Counted from the stretch's first letter, positions 28,706-37,967 are shown. The stretch is DNA of 64,000 nt from a bacterium (GCA_021777565.1 JAJYDJ010000001.1:24431-88430); one strand, 5' to 3'. The notes: a model not told the origin generated them from the sequence alone. Program-made: numbers and translations.

Positions 28706-29446
28706 TTAGGCACCAATTGTCACACCATGGACTTTCACTCGTGGATTACCAGCAGCGACAGCCTCTGCCTCTTGAAGTAATGTCCCAAGTGGGACAGATC
28801 CTGGTTGATTATCCGTGATAACAACAACATGAAAGGGATGTTCGGTAGTAAATCGCTCACCAAATCCATGTGGCCCCATAGCGATCGCAATTCCTAATTC
28901 TACCTGGCGTTGCCCAACTTCAGCACTGCCAAATATGCCCCTACTATGGACAAAACCTAATGGTGCCCCATCAACAAGATTTGGATTAAACCCTCGTGCT
29001 GTCCCGTCGACATAAAATGTGTCTGCAATATGGACGTGAGCGGGTCTTCTCATGTCACTTGCTGTAATGCTTCCTTCATAGGGGATACCTAACGCTTCAG
29101 CTTTTGTTTGGGCAAATGTTTCTCCATATGCGTCAGAATCACCTTGAAAACCCGCCTCTCTGGCTGCCAGTGCGGCTGCACCACATCCCGCATGGCTTGT
29201 CATCCCGTGAATGGCACCTGAGCCTAAAAGGGGATCTATGACTGAGTCTTCTTCAAGAATACCGCTTCCTGCAATAAAAGCAACGTTTCTTCCGCGAGGC
29301 ATACCTTCATCAATACAGGCAACGACCACTGGTTGACCTGGTTCATTGTAGGCATGTTGTATCTGGGGAGCCTGATCAAATGTTCTCTGATAGTCTCTTT
29401 CAGGTTCGGGCTTCCAATACTGCTCAAGTGATTCGGTGTGTGACAT
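28706..29446 (-). CDS. Hypothetical protein with beta-carbonic-anhydrase-like metal motif
   Basis: ACIDEG...SHAGCGAA (CxD...HxxC); start at ATG 29446 avoids overlap with the tRNA. Confidence 0.6.
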   Translation of the reverse strand: MSHTESLEQYWKPEPERDYQRTFDQAPQIQHAYNEPGQPVVVACIDEGMPRGRNVAFIAGSGILEEDSVIDPLLGSGAIHGMTSHAGCGAAALAAREAGFQGDSDAYGETFAQTKAEALGIPYEGSITASDMRRPAHVHIADTFYVDGTARGFNPNLVDGAPLGFVHSRGIFGSAEVGQRQVELGIAIAMGPHGFGERFTTEHPFHVVVITDNQPGSVPLGTLLQEAEAVAAGNPRVKVHGVTIGA

Positions 29447-29506
29447 GAGGGAAAGTGTAACAAAGAACCCTACCGAAGTCAAACTATAGGTTTCTGCCGC
29501 TCTGTC

Positions 29507-29581
29507 TGGTCGGGGTGCCGGGAATTGAACCCGGTGTCTCTTCGTCCCGAACGAAGCGTGATACCGATTCACTACACCCCG
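29507..29581 (-). tRNA. tRNA-Pro(CGG)
   Basis: CGGGGTG/CACCCCG acceptor stem, CTTCG-TTCGGGA-CGAAG anticodon arm, GGTTCAATTCC, CCA end. Confidence 0.93.
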
Positions 29582-29602
29582 TGAGTTTGGGATGAGTGTA
29601 TT

Positions 29603-31390
29603 TTAGCACAGGACAGGTATGGTACAATGAGGCCATCTGTCCTCGTAGCTCAGCTGGATAGAGCAGGCCCGTCCTAAGGGCAAGATCGGAGGTTCGAATC
29701 CTCTCGAGGACGCAGAAGACACTTTTTTATCTACAATTGTATAAATTGAAGCTAATTTTGGTGTTCCAATCTTTAATTCTTCATAAGTTGGTTGTTTATC
29801 AAATAACAACCCAAACATTGCGCCATTTTGGAGTGGATCTGTGCCTCCAAGTATCAATTCGTCTAGGTGTTCCATATAATATTTGAGGTTATTAATGAGT
29901 ACCTGTATATTTATTTGTTGCTCATCCTTTTTATCTCTCAGCACTGTTGCTTGCACTCTCTGTAACTCTAGCTTGTCTATATCTTCTTCCAAAGCCCTGA
30001 TAGCTACTTCGCTAGTAAGCATTTTTATCTTCCCTGCTAGCATAAGTTGTTGTTCTTTGATTGAGGCTACTTGTTGGTCTAGGGAGATAGTATCTTTCAT
30101 GATGCTTGCTTTTCTCTTTTCCCATTCAGACAAAAGTATTTCTTCCATTCTTTTTCTATATTTGTCTGTAAAATGCACATTTCCTACAAATGACGTTACT
30201 AGATCATGAACATCTTTCAGCTTAACACCAAAGCGTTTATGTCCTCTATTGCAATGATATGCTGGAAAGCGCTCTCCGGACTTGCCTGGAGTAGCACTGC
30301 CATAAAATTCTTTATTACATTTTGGGCAAAGGATTTGTTGCTTAAATGGGTATAGTGGATTAAGTTTATTCTTTTTCAGCTTCCATTCTTCGATTTGCCC
30401 TTTTATAACGAGTACTTCATTCGGATGGTCTTGTTGTTCAATAATTTTTACTTTGCCCCTATTGGCCTTATTAAATACCTCTATCGAGACTAATCCGCCG
30501 CCATACATTTTAATTGCTTTCCCGCCCGTCCACTTTTCTGTATTGATCCCCGCATAAATTGGATTTCTGATATACTCTTGCAATTGTTTTACTGCTAATG
30601 GTTTACCACCCGTATGCCCAATAATCTTTGTTCTGTCGTTTTTGTCGTACTTCCGTTTTATTCTGGATAAAAAACCCCTTGCATTAATTTCATAAACAAT
30701 TTCTCTATCTGATAGATTACCCTGTTCTCGTAGCTCAAACATGCGAATAAACCAAGAAGATTCTAGCGGATGAGGTTTCATTACAGATCGTAAACCGTGC
30801 GGAGTTTCTATCTTTACATTTATAAATCCCATTTGTGGCTGTCTTGTTTTATATCCTAATCTTGTATAATTAATTTCTGCACCAATCATTCGAGTTAAAA
30901 TATCTCGTACTTCTGCTTTAGCTCGTTCTGCCTCAAGTAACTCAGTTATCCAAGATGGGCTGTATTCACTCCACTTATATTGTGTGCCAAGATATGCCAA
31001 TGTATTGACTGTCTGAGAACTGATAATTCCATATGTATCGATAAGTGTAACTCCTGTCTTTGCAAATTCAGCTTTAAGATACCCATAAGTTGCACTACCT
31101 CCTCTTGTAACTCTATCTATGCTTTTAATAAAAGCAAATTTTATCTTGTTATTTTGATTTTTGCAGTATTCTATCGCTTTTATAAGAGGTTGTAGATCAA
31201 TGTCTCCACTTGCTGATTCAGTAAAATCAAATTGTTCTTTTATTACAATCTTGCAGGAATGCATTTGTTCAACACGACTTATTGCTTGGCCTACTTGCTT
31301 TTCTTGATCTTCAAGGCTATCACCGGTAAGTCCCTGTTTTTGACTTGAAACCCTACCTATGCTTATTCCGTAAAAAACTTGTAACTCCAT
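29603..31390 (-). CDS. Large serine recombinase
   Basis: GRVSSQKQ, KSIDRVTR, CPKC/YHC Zn ribbon; ORF reads through the whole tRNA-Arg antisense. Confidence 0.92.
   Translation of the reverse strand: MELQVFYGISIGRVSSQKQGLTGDSLEDQEKQVGQAISRVEQMHSCKIVIKEQFDFTESASGDIDLQPLIKAIEYCKNQNNKIKFAFIKSIDRVTRGGSATYGYLKAEFAKTGVTLIDTYGIISSQTVNTLAYLGTQYKWSEYSPSWITELLEAERAKAEVRDILTRMIGAEINYTRLGYKTRQPQMGFINVKIETPHGLRSVMKPHPLESSWFIRMFELREQGNLSDREIVYEINARGFLSRIKRKYDKNDRTKIIGHTGGKPLAVKQLQEYIRNPIYAGINTEKWTGGKAIKMYGGGLVSIEVFNKANRGKVKIIEQQDHPNEVLVIKGQIEEWKLKKNKLNPLYPFKQQILCPKCNKEFYGSATPGKSGERFPAYHCNRGHKRFGVKLKDVHDLVTSFVGNVHFTDKYRKRMEEILLSEWEKRKASIMKDTISLDQQVASIKEQQLMLAGKIKMLTSEVAIRALEEDIDKLELQRVQATVLRDKKDEQQINIQVLINNLKYYMEHLDELILGGTDPLQNGAMFGLLFDKQPTYEELKIGTPKLASIYTIVDKKVSSASSRGFEPPILPLGRACSIQLSYEDRWPHCTIPVLC
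29639..29712 (+). tRNA. tRNA-Arg(CCT)
   Basis: GTCCTCG/CGAGGAC acceptor stem, TAGCTCAGCTGGATAGAGC D-arm, GCCC-GTCCTAA-GGGC anticodon arm, GGTTCGAATCC; no encoded CCA. Confidence 0.92.
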
Positions 31391-31408
31391 AGCTTTATGG
31401 TAACACTA

Positions 31409-31567
31409 TCATTTGGTAAATCTCAACTTTCCATTCTTTTGGTCGTCTAGAACACGATCTATGATAAGGTTAGCAAGTATACGCATGCGCTCTTCAATTT
31501 CTAATTCTTTTTTATTTTCTTCTAATCCTATCGTGGCGTTTTCAGTTGCAGTAGGCTTATGTATCAT
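31409..31567 (-). CDS. 52-aa protein upstream of the recombinase (not in the ORF track)
   Basis: MIHKPTATENATIGLEENKKELEIEERMRILANLIIDRVLDDQKNGKLRFTK; GGAGG SD upstream. Confidence 0.65.
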   Translation of the reverse strand: MIHKPTATENATIGLEENKKELEIEERMRILANLIIDRVLDDQKNGKLRFTK

Positions 31568-31570
31568 AAA

Positions 31571-31720
31571 AATGCCTCCCTCGTTTGCAGCTAGGGCGGG
31601 AGACCTAGCGCAAACCAGAAAGGCATTGACTTCTCCCGCTATTAACGAAAAAGCGCTTACAAAGCAACACGAAATTCGTGCTACCGTGTAAGCGCAGTCC
31701 TGCTAATCAGGGTTAGCCTC
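31571..31720 (-). promoter_or_regulatory. Structured RNA leader (terminator-like hairpin plus SD-sequestering hairpin)
   Basis: GCGCTTACA/TGTAAGCGC stem with U-run; long hairpin 31571-31627 pairs the GGAGG. Confidence 0.6.
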
Positions 31721-31787
31721 CTCGAGGTAACTTCTTCACCAATACTGTGTCAACAATTTTTGTACACTGTCAAGACCTGTTTTGAGC

Positions 31788-32126
31788 CTATTTCTGTGAT
31801 ATCTCAACCATTCCCTTAAACCTCTGTTTGATATATTTCAGCTTCAAACATGTCCTACAACCAATCAATCCTACTGCCGGATGTCTATACAAAACTCCTT
31901 TTCTTTTTCCACACAGAGAACACAAAAACCAAAACCTTTCACCGTGAAATAATGTCTTTGAAGTAGCGAGCTGTACAGATATTCCTAGAGCTTCAATCTG
32001 AGCTTCTACAAGCCTCCTGCGAAGCATTTTGTTTGCTTTTCTTACTAATTCATCAACAGAGATTCTTTGACAATTTTCCGCTACGAAGAAGTTTCCTAAA
32101 TCATATGGAGATAATGAATTACCCAT
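31788..32126 (-). CDS. Zn-ribbon hypothetical protein
   Basis: GERFWFLCSLCGKR..VLY...CRTCLKLKY. Confidence 0.75.
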   Translation of the reverse strand: MGNSLSPYDLGNFFVAENCQRISVDELVRKANKMLRRRLVEAQIEALGISVQLATSKTLFHGERFWFLCSLCGKRKGVLYRHPAVGLIGCRTCLKLKYIKQRFKGMVEISQK

Positions 32127-32676
32127 GTTGCTCCTGTATTACTTGGTTTTGACCAACAATAGCTGTTTCTGTTTTGATATTCACTTGTAGCTGAGGCTGT
32201 TTCATTATTTTAAGCGCTTGGAGAGATGAAAGGTATTGTCGTATTGCTCTATCAAGATCTTTACTTAATAACCCAAAAAGGATTAGATCCGCATTATTCA
32301 TATTGCTATCGTAGATGTAACGATTAAGTCTGCGTTCTAGGTCTAGCATGCGGATATAGGAGAGAGTCGCTAGTTCAACAGTTGCCTTCTCACTTACTGT
32401 AGTGCAGTTATACTCTTTTTGCAGGTCTCTTAACATTTGGATACCAAATGTTTTATACGGCTCGGATACGTTAGTTGCCAGTAGGAAGCCACTCTCAAAC
32501 TCAGATAAAGAAATTGCCTGAAAGAGATCTCCTTTTGCTGTAATGTCTCTCTTGTCTTGCTTTTTTTCAAGCTCTTTCTTTGCATTTTTTATAACTGTAT
32601 TTGGATCACAGGGCAGACTAATCCCAAGTTCTCTCAATACATCTTTAGATTCATTTTGTTTAACAATGCTATCCAT
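32119..32676 (-). CDS. Hypothetical helical protein of element 2
   Basis: 185 aa, C-terminal QVNIKTETAIVGQ; overlaps the next gene. Confidence 0.7.
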   Translation of the reverse strand: MDSIVKQNESKDVLRELGISLPCDPNTVIKNAKKELEKKQDKRDITAKGDLFQAISLSEFESGFLLATNVSEPYKTFGIQMLRDLQKEYNCTTVSEKATVELATLSYIRMLDLERRLNRYIYDSNMNNADLILFGLLSKDLDRAIRQYLSSLQALKIMKQPQLQVNIKTETAIVGQNQVIQEQHG

Positions 32677-32719
32677 GCTCTAGGTATAGCAAACTTTTTT
32701 GTCACAAGGCGCAAGGGAT

Positions 32720-32926
32720 TTATTCAAGGAGATCTTTTGGAGATACTTTTAAGGCTTTTGCTAGCTTTTGTATTGTTTTCAAGGTTGGATTTCTTTTTCC
32801 GGCTTCAATAGCAATTATAGATTTTGGGTCTACCTTTGTAAGTTCTGCTAGCTTTTCTTGCGAAAACTTTCTCCCTTTACGTAAATTTCGCACATTCTCG
32901 CCGAGTTTTTGATAAGTATTTGTCAT
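32720..32926 (-). CDS. Xre-family HTH regulator
   Basis: LRKGRKFSQEKLAE...IEAGKRNPTL. Confidence 0.95.
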   Translation of the reverse strand: MTNTYQKLGENVRNLRKGRKFSQEKLAELTKVDPKSIIAIEAGKRNPTLKTIQKLAKALKVSPKDLLE

Positions 32927-33032
32927 GGAATTGACAGGATTATGGAATATATGTCAGAATCTGAACAGGAAATATATTCCAGTTTTAGCTTTGGTCTCAA
33001 ACCTAAATCGCAAAATAAATAACTAAAAATCT

Positions 33033-33224
33033 ATGAAAACAATTTTTATTAAGCCATTGAGCATTCTTATTGCGCTTACCTGCCTCGTAGTAATCACATA
33101 TTTTGGCATCATGATTTATAAAGAGCTTACGCCTCCTTCTTATAACGACCAGAAAATGCAATGTTTAGAACTGGGGAGTAATTTGCGATATAGACAATGT
33201 ATGCAAATGATAAATCAAAAATAA
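33033..33224 (+). CDS. Small membrane-anchored protein
   Basis: TM helix plus Cys pair. Confidence 0.55.
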   Translation: MKTIFIKPLSILIALTCLVVITYFGIMIYKELTPPSYNDQKMQCLELGSNLRYRQCMQMINQK

Positions 33225-33683
33225 ATGATTCAAAAAATAGGATTAAAATTTATTGATTCTTTTTGGGTATATTTAATAATTGGCGCAATTGGATTAGCTG
33301 GATACTTGTTTTACATAAATCATCAAGATCAACAAAAACAGATTGAGCAGCATAAACAAGAAGTAAAGGCTAATAAAGAAGATGCACTTGTAAAAGTTGC
33401 GAATATAAAATATATAAAAACCCTCATTCCTATTTGTGATAAAAAAGTTAAGGATATTACAGGTATTGATTTTTTTCGTTGTGAAAAATTGTCTGATATT
33501 AATATCATTCAGGTACTCTACCTTAGCGGTATTTTAGACCTTAAATCCTCTCTCGCAGACCCAAATATTCCTGAGATTTGTCAAAAAAAGATAGGAGAAA
33601 TTTCAGCAAGTGATTTTATTGACTGCCTAAATGAACCAACACCTGAACCAGATCAACCATCAAGTAGTCAATCAGTGCAATAA
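33225..33683 (+). CDS. Membrane-anchored hypothetical protein
   Basis: TM helix, two Cx12-13C repeats (CDKKVKDITGIDFFRC / CQKKIGEISASDFIDC). Confidence 0.65.
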   Translation: MIQKIGLKFIDSFWVYLIIGAIGLAGYLFYINHQDQQKQIEQHKQEVKANKEDALVKVANIKYIKTLIPICDKKVKDITGIDFFRCEKLSDINIIQVLYLSGILDLKSSLADPNIPEICQKKIGEISASDFIDCLNEPTPEPDQPSSSQSVQ

Positions 33684-33715
33684 AACCTTCTAATAAGATA
33701 TAATCTTAAATAGAG

Positions 33716-34021
33716 ATGAAAAAAGGTATAGGGATAGTATCCGCAATATTTTTACTGTATGGGATGGGGTATGGACACGCTTATTCATACTATGAATTTC
33801 TTAGGTGGGCAACTTTTCTCTCTTCATTATTCTTTTCTTGGAGGTTTTATAAATCAAAAACTTTTGTTGGTATTGCAATATTTCTTACTATTGCCTATTT
33901 ATTTAATCCTATTTTTCCTGTCTACCTTCAAAAATCAACCTGGGTAACTATTGATTTTATTGCTGCAATAATCTTGATTATTGGTGGTTTTTATAAAGCT
34001 AAAAACGATGTAGTTATCTAA
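33716..34021 (+). CDS. DUF6804-like small membrane protein
   Basis: YSYYEFLRW...LFNPIFPVYL.KSTWVTID. Confidence 0.8.
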   Translation: MKKGIGIVSAIFLLYGMGYGHAYSYYEFLRWATFLSSLFFSWRFYKSKTFVGIAIFLTIAYLFNPIFPVYLQKSTWVTIDFIAAIILIIGGFYKAKNDVVI

Positions 34022-34022
34022 A

Positions 34023-35123
34023 ATGATGAAAAATTCAATAAAGATAGTAGCGCAAATATTCTTTTCTCTAGCAACAACAGCTATTTTTGCAATCAATTTT
34101 CTAAGTGGAATTGTCGGTGGTATTTGGCTGTTACTTGCAGGAGGATGGGCATTGATACTTCAAGGAATAATTATGGGAATAATTATGCCTTATGTCTTTT
34201 CAATAGTAAGCGCACCTACATTTCTCATAGTACCTTTTGCAGAGAAGCTCAAGAATAACAAAATAGCTTTAGCAATAGTATTGTTTTTTGCCTCCATCTT
34301 CAACTACGGACCCCTACTGTTGTGGGTAAATTTTGTCTTTTACAAGTTTGTTTCAAATAATCAATTTCCTTTCATAGCTCTCATTTTGGCTGGATATGCA
34401 ACTGTGATGAGTCCTTTGAGTTATATGACAAGCCATGAAAACGAAGGAGGTTTAGGAACGACTTTGGGCTTACTTTACGCACAGTTGTGTTATTTGTTTT
34501 TAGTTCTCGGTTTACTATTTCAATGGAACCCATCCTCTGTATTTTGGTCTGAAATATGGCTAGCGTTACTTTTCATGTTGTTAAGTGTATTTACTCTTTC
34601 CACAGTGAAATTTGAGGAAGACGTTTCAATAGATGAAGATATATTTGCAGATCCACTTGTGGAGGAGGCTATCACAATTTGCTTTTCCTATGAAAAAGTT
34701 AGTCCAGCATTATTTCAGAGAGCTTTAGGTATCGATTATGAGAAAGCAACAGAAATATTCAAGGAGCTTAACAGGAAAAGACTAATAGGAAATATTAGGA
34801 TTGAAGATCAAGAAGATTTAATGCCAATAGGAAAGGTGAGCAAACGAAAACTTAAAAAGTATGAATACCTAATAAAAAAGGTAAAAGAATATAAAAAATA
34901 CCAATATCTAAACAGTTCTCCAAATGATCCCTTCCTTGACCAAGCAAAACAGTATGCATATGAATTTGAAACAATTGTCCCAGAGGATATTCAAAGAAAA
35001 TTTAAGACAGGATATGCACGAGCTGCCAAAATATTAGATCAACTAGAATTAGCTGATATTATTGTAAGCGTGCCGGGAAAAAGATATAGGAAAGTAAATA
35101 AAAATCCTGAAATACCCTATTAA
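34023..35123 (+). CDS. Multi-TM protein with two C-terminal FtsK gamma-like domains
   Basis: DPLVEEA..SPALFQRALGIDYEKATEI and DPFLDQA..IQRKFKTGYARAAKILDQLE. Confidence 0.8.
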   Translation: MMKNSIKIVAQIFFSLATTAIFAINFLSGIVGGIWLLLAGGWALILQGIIMGIIMPYVFSIVSAPTFLIVPFAEKLKNNKIALAIVLFFASIFNYGPLLLWVNFVFYKFVSNNQFPFIALILAGYATVMSPLSYMTSHENEGGLGTTLGLLYAQLCYLFLVLGLLFQWNPSSVFWSEIWLALLFMLLSVFTLSTVKFEEDVSIDEDIFADPLVEEAITICFSYEKVSPALFQRALGIDYEKATEIFKELNRKRLIGNIRIEDQEDLMPIGKVSKRKLKKYEYLIKKVKEYKKYQYLNSSPNDPFLDQAKQYAYEFETIVPEDIQRKFKTGYARAAKILDQLELADIIVSVPGKRYRKVNKNPEIPY

Positions 35124-35342
35124 CCTCTCGTTCTTTAATACAAAATAACTCATTTATGTCTTAATAAAGCTAAAAAGCGTTAGTTCAATACCGCTTGAGG
35201 TATCTTCATTTAATAGTTATGTATATAATACTTGTGCCTGGGGGATTATAATTCCAAACTGCTGAAATACTGAAATCATTCTGCTAGAATACAAACTGAG
35301 CGTGTTCCAAAAATTAAGGTCAAAGCACACTAGAAAAGTGGG

Positions 35343-36017
35343 TTATGCGGCAATACGGCGAGGTTCTTCAAATTCGTCTTCAGGCAGGGTTTCCATCTTT
35401 TTAGATTCAACTTGTACAAGCTGTCGATAAAGACTTTCTAATTGCTCGCGAGCTTGTCCTGCTGGCAGTGAGATCATTAATCTTCGTACGTTATTGAGTG
35501 TTGCATGAATATCTTCCAGTGAAAGTGTTTCAAGTGCCACTGTGGCTGCAACAATCGTTACTCGTGCTTCTGCGATAGCATCCTGTACCTGTGCTTCTTG
35601 TGCTGGAGCGAGTTCGGAATCCTTCTCGGTAAGACTATCGGTGATTTCCTGGACATTGACAGCCTCACTGACGGCAGTACTTGTTCCTTGATATCCTACG
35701 ACCAAGGCGCCTGCACTATCCAAGTTTACCTGTATATCACCCATAGCCTGTGCACGCTCTTCTCTTGGAAGAAGTGCCATTGCAGCGATGTTTTGAACTT
35801 TGCCTTGGATACGGTCTCTTGTGGCTGCATCTCTCTGTCCAGCCTCACTTGCTGCGTAGGCAGTATCTGAGAGTCTGTCATTGATTGCTTGGATTCTGAT
35901 GACTGCTGCTGCGACGACGTAGGCACGATCGTGTGAGAGAGGGGATTCAGGGGTGCGAACTGGCTGGGCTATTTCAGCTTTTGCGGTGGCAGTGGTTGTT
36001 TCTGTTACTAATGCCAT
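35343..36017 (-). CDS. Hypothetical helical protein
   Basis: 224-aa ORF. Confidence 0.7.
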   Translation of the reverse strand: MALVTETTTATAKAEIAQPVRTPESPLSHDRAYVVAAAVIRIQAINDRLSDTAYAASEAGQRDAATRDRIQGKVQNIAAMALLPREERAQAMGDIQVNLDSAGALVVGYQGTSTAVSEAVNVQEITDSLTEKDSELAPAQEAQVQDAIAEARVTIVAATVALETLSLEDIHATLNNVRRLMISLPAGQAREQLESLYRQLVQVESKKMETLPEDEFEEPRRIAA

Positions 36018-36148
36018 AGGTTTGGTCTTGTAACTAAGACTTTGCGAGTATACCTAAAAAGAGCACTTTTGTCAACTTATAGGGTGAAATTCGTGCGTAA
36101 TGTGACCTATGTCATGATTCTGGGGTAATTTTCACCTATAATGAGCTT

Positions 36149-37927
36149 ATGCACAGGTTTCTTACTGCTTTTTGGAGGCCGCTGGTAGTACTTCTTCTTA
36201 TTGTTATATCTCTGCCGCTTCTTTTCCTCTGGAAGATAGGGCCTGTTGCTGATGGACTGCTTATTCTAGGCATACTTTTGGGGACGTATGACCTCTTTCT
36301 GGAGGCTATTGGTCAGATGTGGAGGAGACAATTTGGTATTGACTACATTGCGATCCTTGCGGTGGTTACCTCGGTTATCACGGGAGAATACTTAGTTGGT
36401 GCAATTATTGCATTGATGGCGAGTGGGGGAGTCACCCTTGAGAATTATGCCAGTGCTCAGGCAAAAGGGACACTGACCGCTCTTGCCAAACGTCTTCCAC
36501 AAGAAGTGTTAACGCTGCAGGGTGACGCACACGTGAAGAAATCTATTCATGAAGTAAACATTGGGGATGTCGTTATCGTTCGACATGGAGAAGTAGTCCC
36601 AGTCGATGGAAAACTTGCTGGAACTACCGCAAGTCTTGACGAATCCTCGCTCACCGGAGAATCTTACCCGGTAGATAAAACAGCAGGAGACATCATTCGC
36701 GCAGGAACGGTGAATGTTGGAGAGATGTTTCAATTCGTTGCAACGACCAGTGAAACAAGTTCTGGGTATCATCATATTATCGACATGGTGTCACAAGCTC
36801 AGGTAGAAAAAGCACCGATGGTCCGTCTTGCGGATCAATACAGTGTCTATTTCACGCTGATCACTTTCGTTATCGCAGGGATTGCCTATCTCCATGGACA
36901 TTCTCTCTATGCCGTTTTGTCCGTCTTGGTGGTAGCAACACCATGTCCATTAATTTTGGCTACCCCTATTGCCCTTTTGGGAGGAGCAAATAAATCTGCA
37001 AAATCGCGTGTCATTATTAAAAAACTTGCCAGTATTGAAGTGTTATCTCGGGTCAATGCGCTTGTTTTTGATAAAACCGGGACACTTACTCTGGGGCATC
37101 CTCGCGTTATTGATTTTACAGTCCATGGCAGGTACGAAAAAGAACGTCTACTCGCGATTTCCAGCTCAATTGAACACAATTCTCTGCATCCTCTGGCACA
37201 TGCTATTGTGCTGTATGCCAATGAACACAAGGTCCCACATTTTATTGTAAAAGACATAAAAGAAGTCGTTGGCAAAGGCATTTCTGGGGTTATCGCCGGC
37301 AAAACATATAGTCTGGTTAAAATAACTGATCATCAATCAGGTGATATGAATATTGGTCTGTATCAAGGAAGAACTCATGTGGCAACGTTTACTCTTCAAG
37401 ATGAAGTAAAAGAAGATGCCAGAAGAATTTTACAGAAATTACAAGGAATGGGATTTGTCCTGCATTTGTTTACCGGGGACAGAAAACAGGTGGCAGAGCA
37501 ACTGGTATCCCATCTGCGCCTGTCATTGGCGATTCGCAGTGAATGTTCTCCAGAAGATAAACTCAATGGCATCAAGCAGTTACAAAAATCTCACGTCGTT
37601 GCTATGGTAGGAGATGGAATTAACGACGCACCAGCACTGGCAACCGCAGATGTTGGCATGGTGTATGGTTCCTATGAACAGACGGCGGCGACAGAAGCCG
37701 CAGATATTGTCTTGTTCGGTGTATCTATCCATGCCATTTTGCAGACGATACTTGAGGCAAAACAAACTATTCGCATAGCCATGCAGAGTATCCTTTGGGG
37801 AATCGGACTGAGTATTATTGCAATGATTTTTGCAGCGTGGGGACTTATTCCACCGGTGTATGGAGCGATTTTACAGGAACTGATTGATGTGGCAGTAATT
37901 TTTAATTCACTTCGCGCTGCACGATAA
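36149..37927 (+). CDS. Heavy-metal P1B-type ATPase (TPCP / QExxD, P1B-5-like)
   Basis: TGES, ATPCPL, DKTGT, HP, GDGINDAP, QELID. Confidence 0.93.
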   Translation: MHRFLTAFWRPLVVLLLIVISLPLLFLWKIGPVADGLLILGILLGTYDLFLEAIGQMWRRQFGIDYIAILAVVTSVITGEYLVGAIIALMASGGVTLENYASAQAKGTLTALAKRLPQEVLTLQGDAHVKKSIHEVNIGDVVIVRHGEVVPVDGKLAGTTASLDESSLTGESYPVDKTAGDIIRAGTVNVGEMFQFVATTSETSSGYHHIIDMVSQAQVEKAPMVRLADQYSVYFTLITFVIAGIAYLHGHSLYAVLSVLVVATPCPLILATPIALLGGANKSAKSRVIIKKLASIEVLSRVNALVFDKTGTLTLGHPRVIDFTVHGRYEKERLLAISSSIEHNSLHPLAHAIVLYANEHKVPHFIVKDIKEVVGKGISGVIAGKTYSLVKITDHQSGDMNIGLYQGRTHVATFTLQDEVKEDARRILQKLQGMGFVLHLFTGDRKQVAEQLVSHLRLSLAIRSECSPEDKLNGIKQLQKSHVVAMVGDGINDAPALATADVGMVYGSYEQTAATEAADIVLFGVSIHAILQTILEAKQTIRIAMQSILWGIGLSIIAMIFAAWGLIPPVYGAILQELIDVAVIFNSLRAAR

Positions 37928-37967
37928 ATACTTTACCTACCCCTAATCTTTTCTCTACAATGGTGTC

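Larger units (their letters stand above)
29713..35200. mobile_element. Integrative element 2 at the tRNA-Arg 3' end
   Basis: Serine recombinase abutting the tRNA, Xre, AT-rich cargo ending at about 35.2 kb. Confidence 0.75.

Noticed and set aside
29447-29572. N-terminal extension of ORF 28706-29572
   Set aside because: It overlaps tRNA-Pro on the same strand; ATG 29446 with a nearby -10-like hexamer is the more plausible start.
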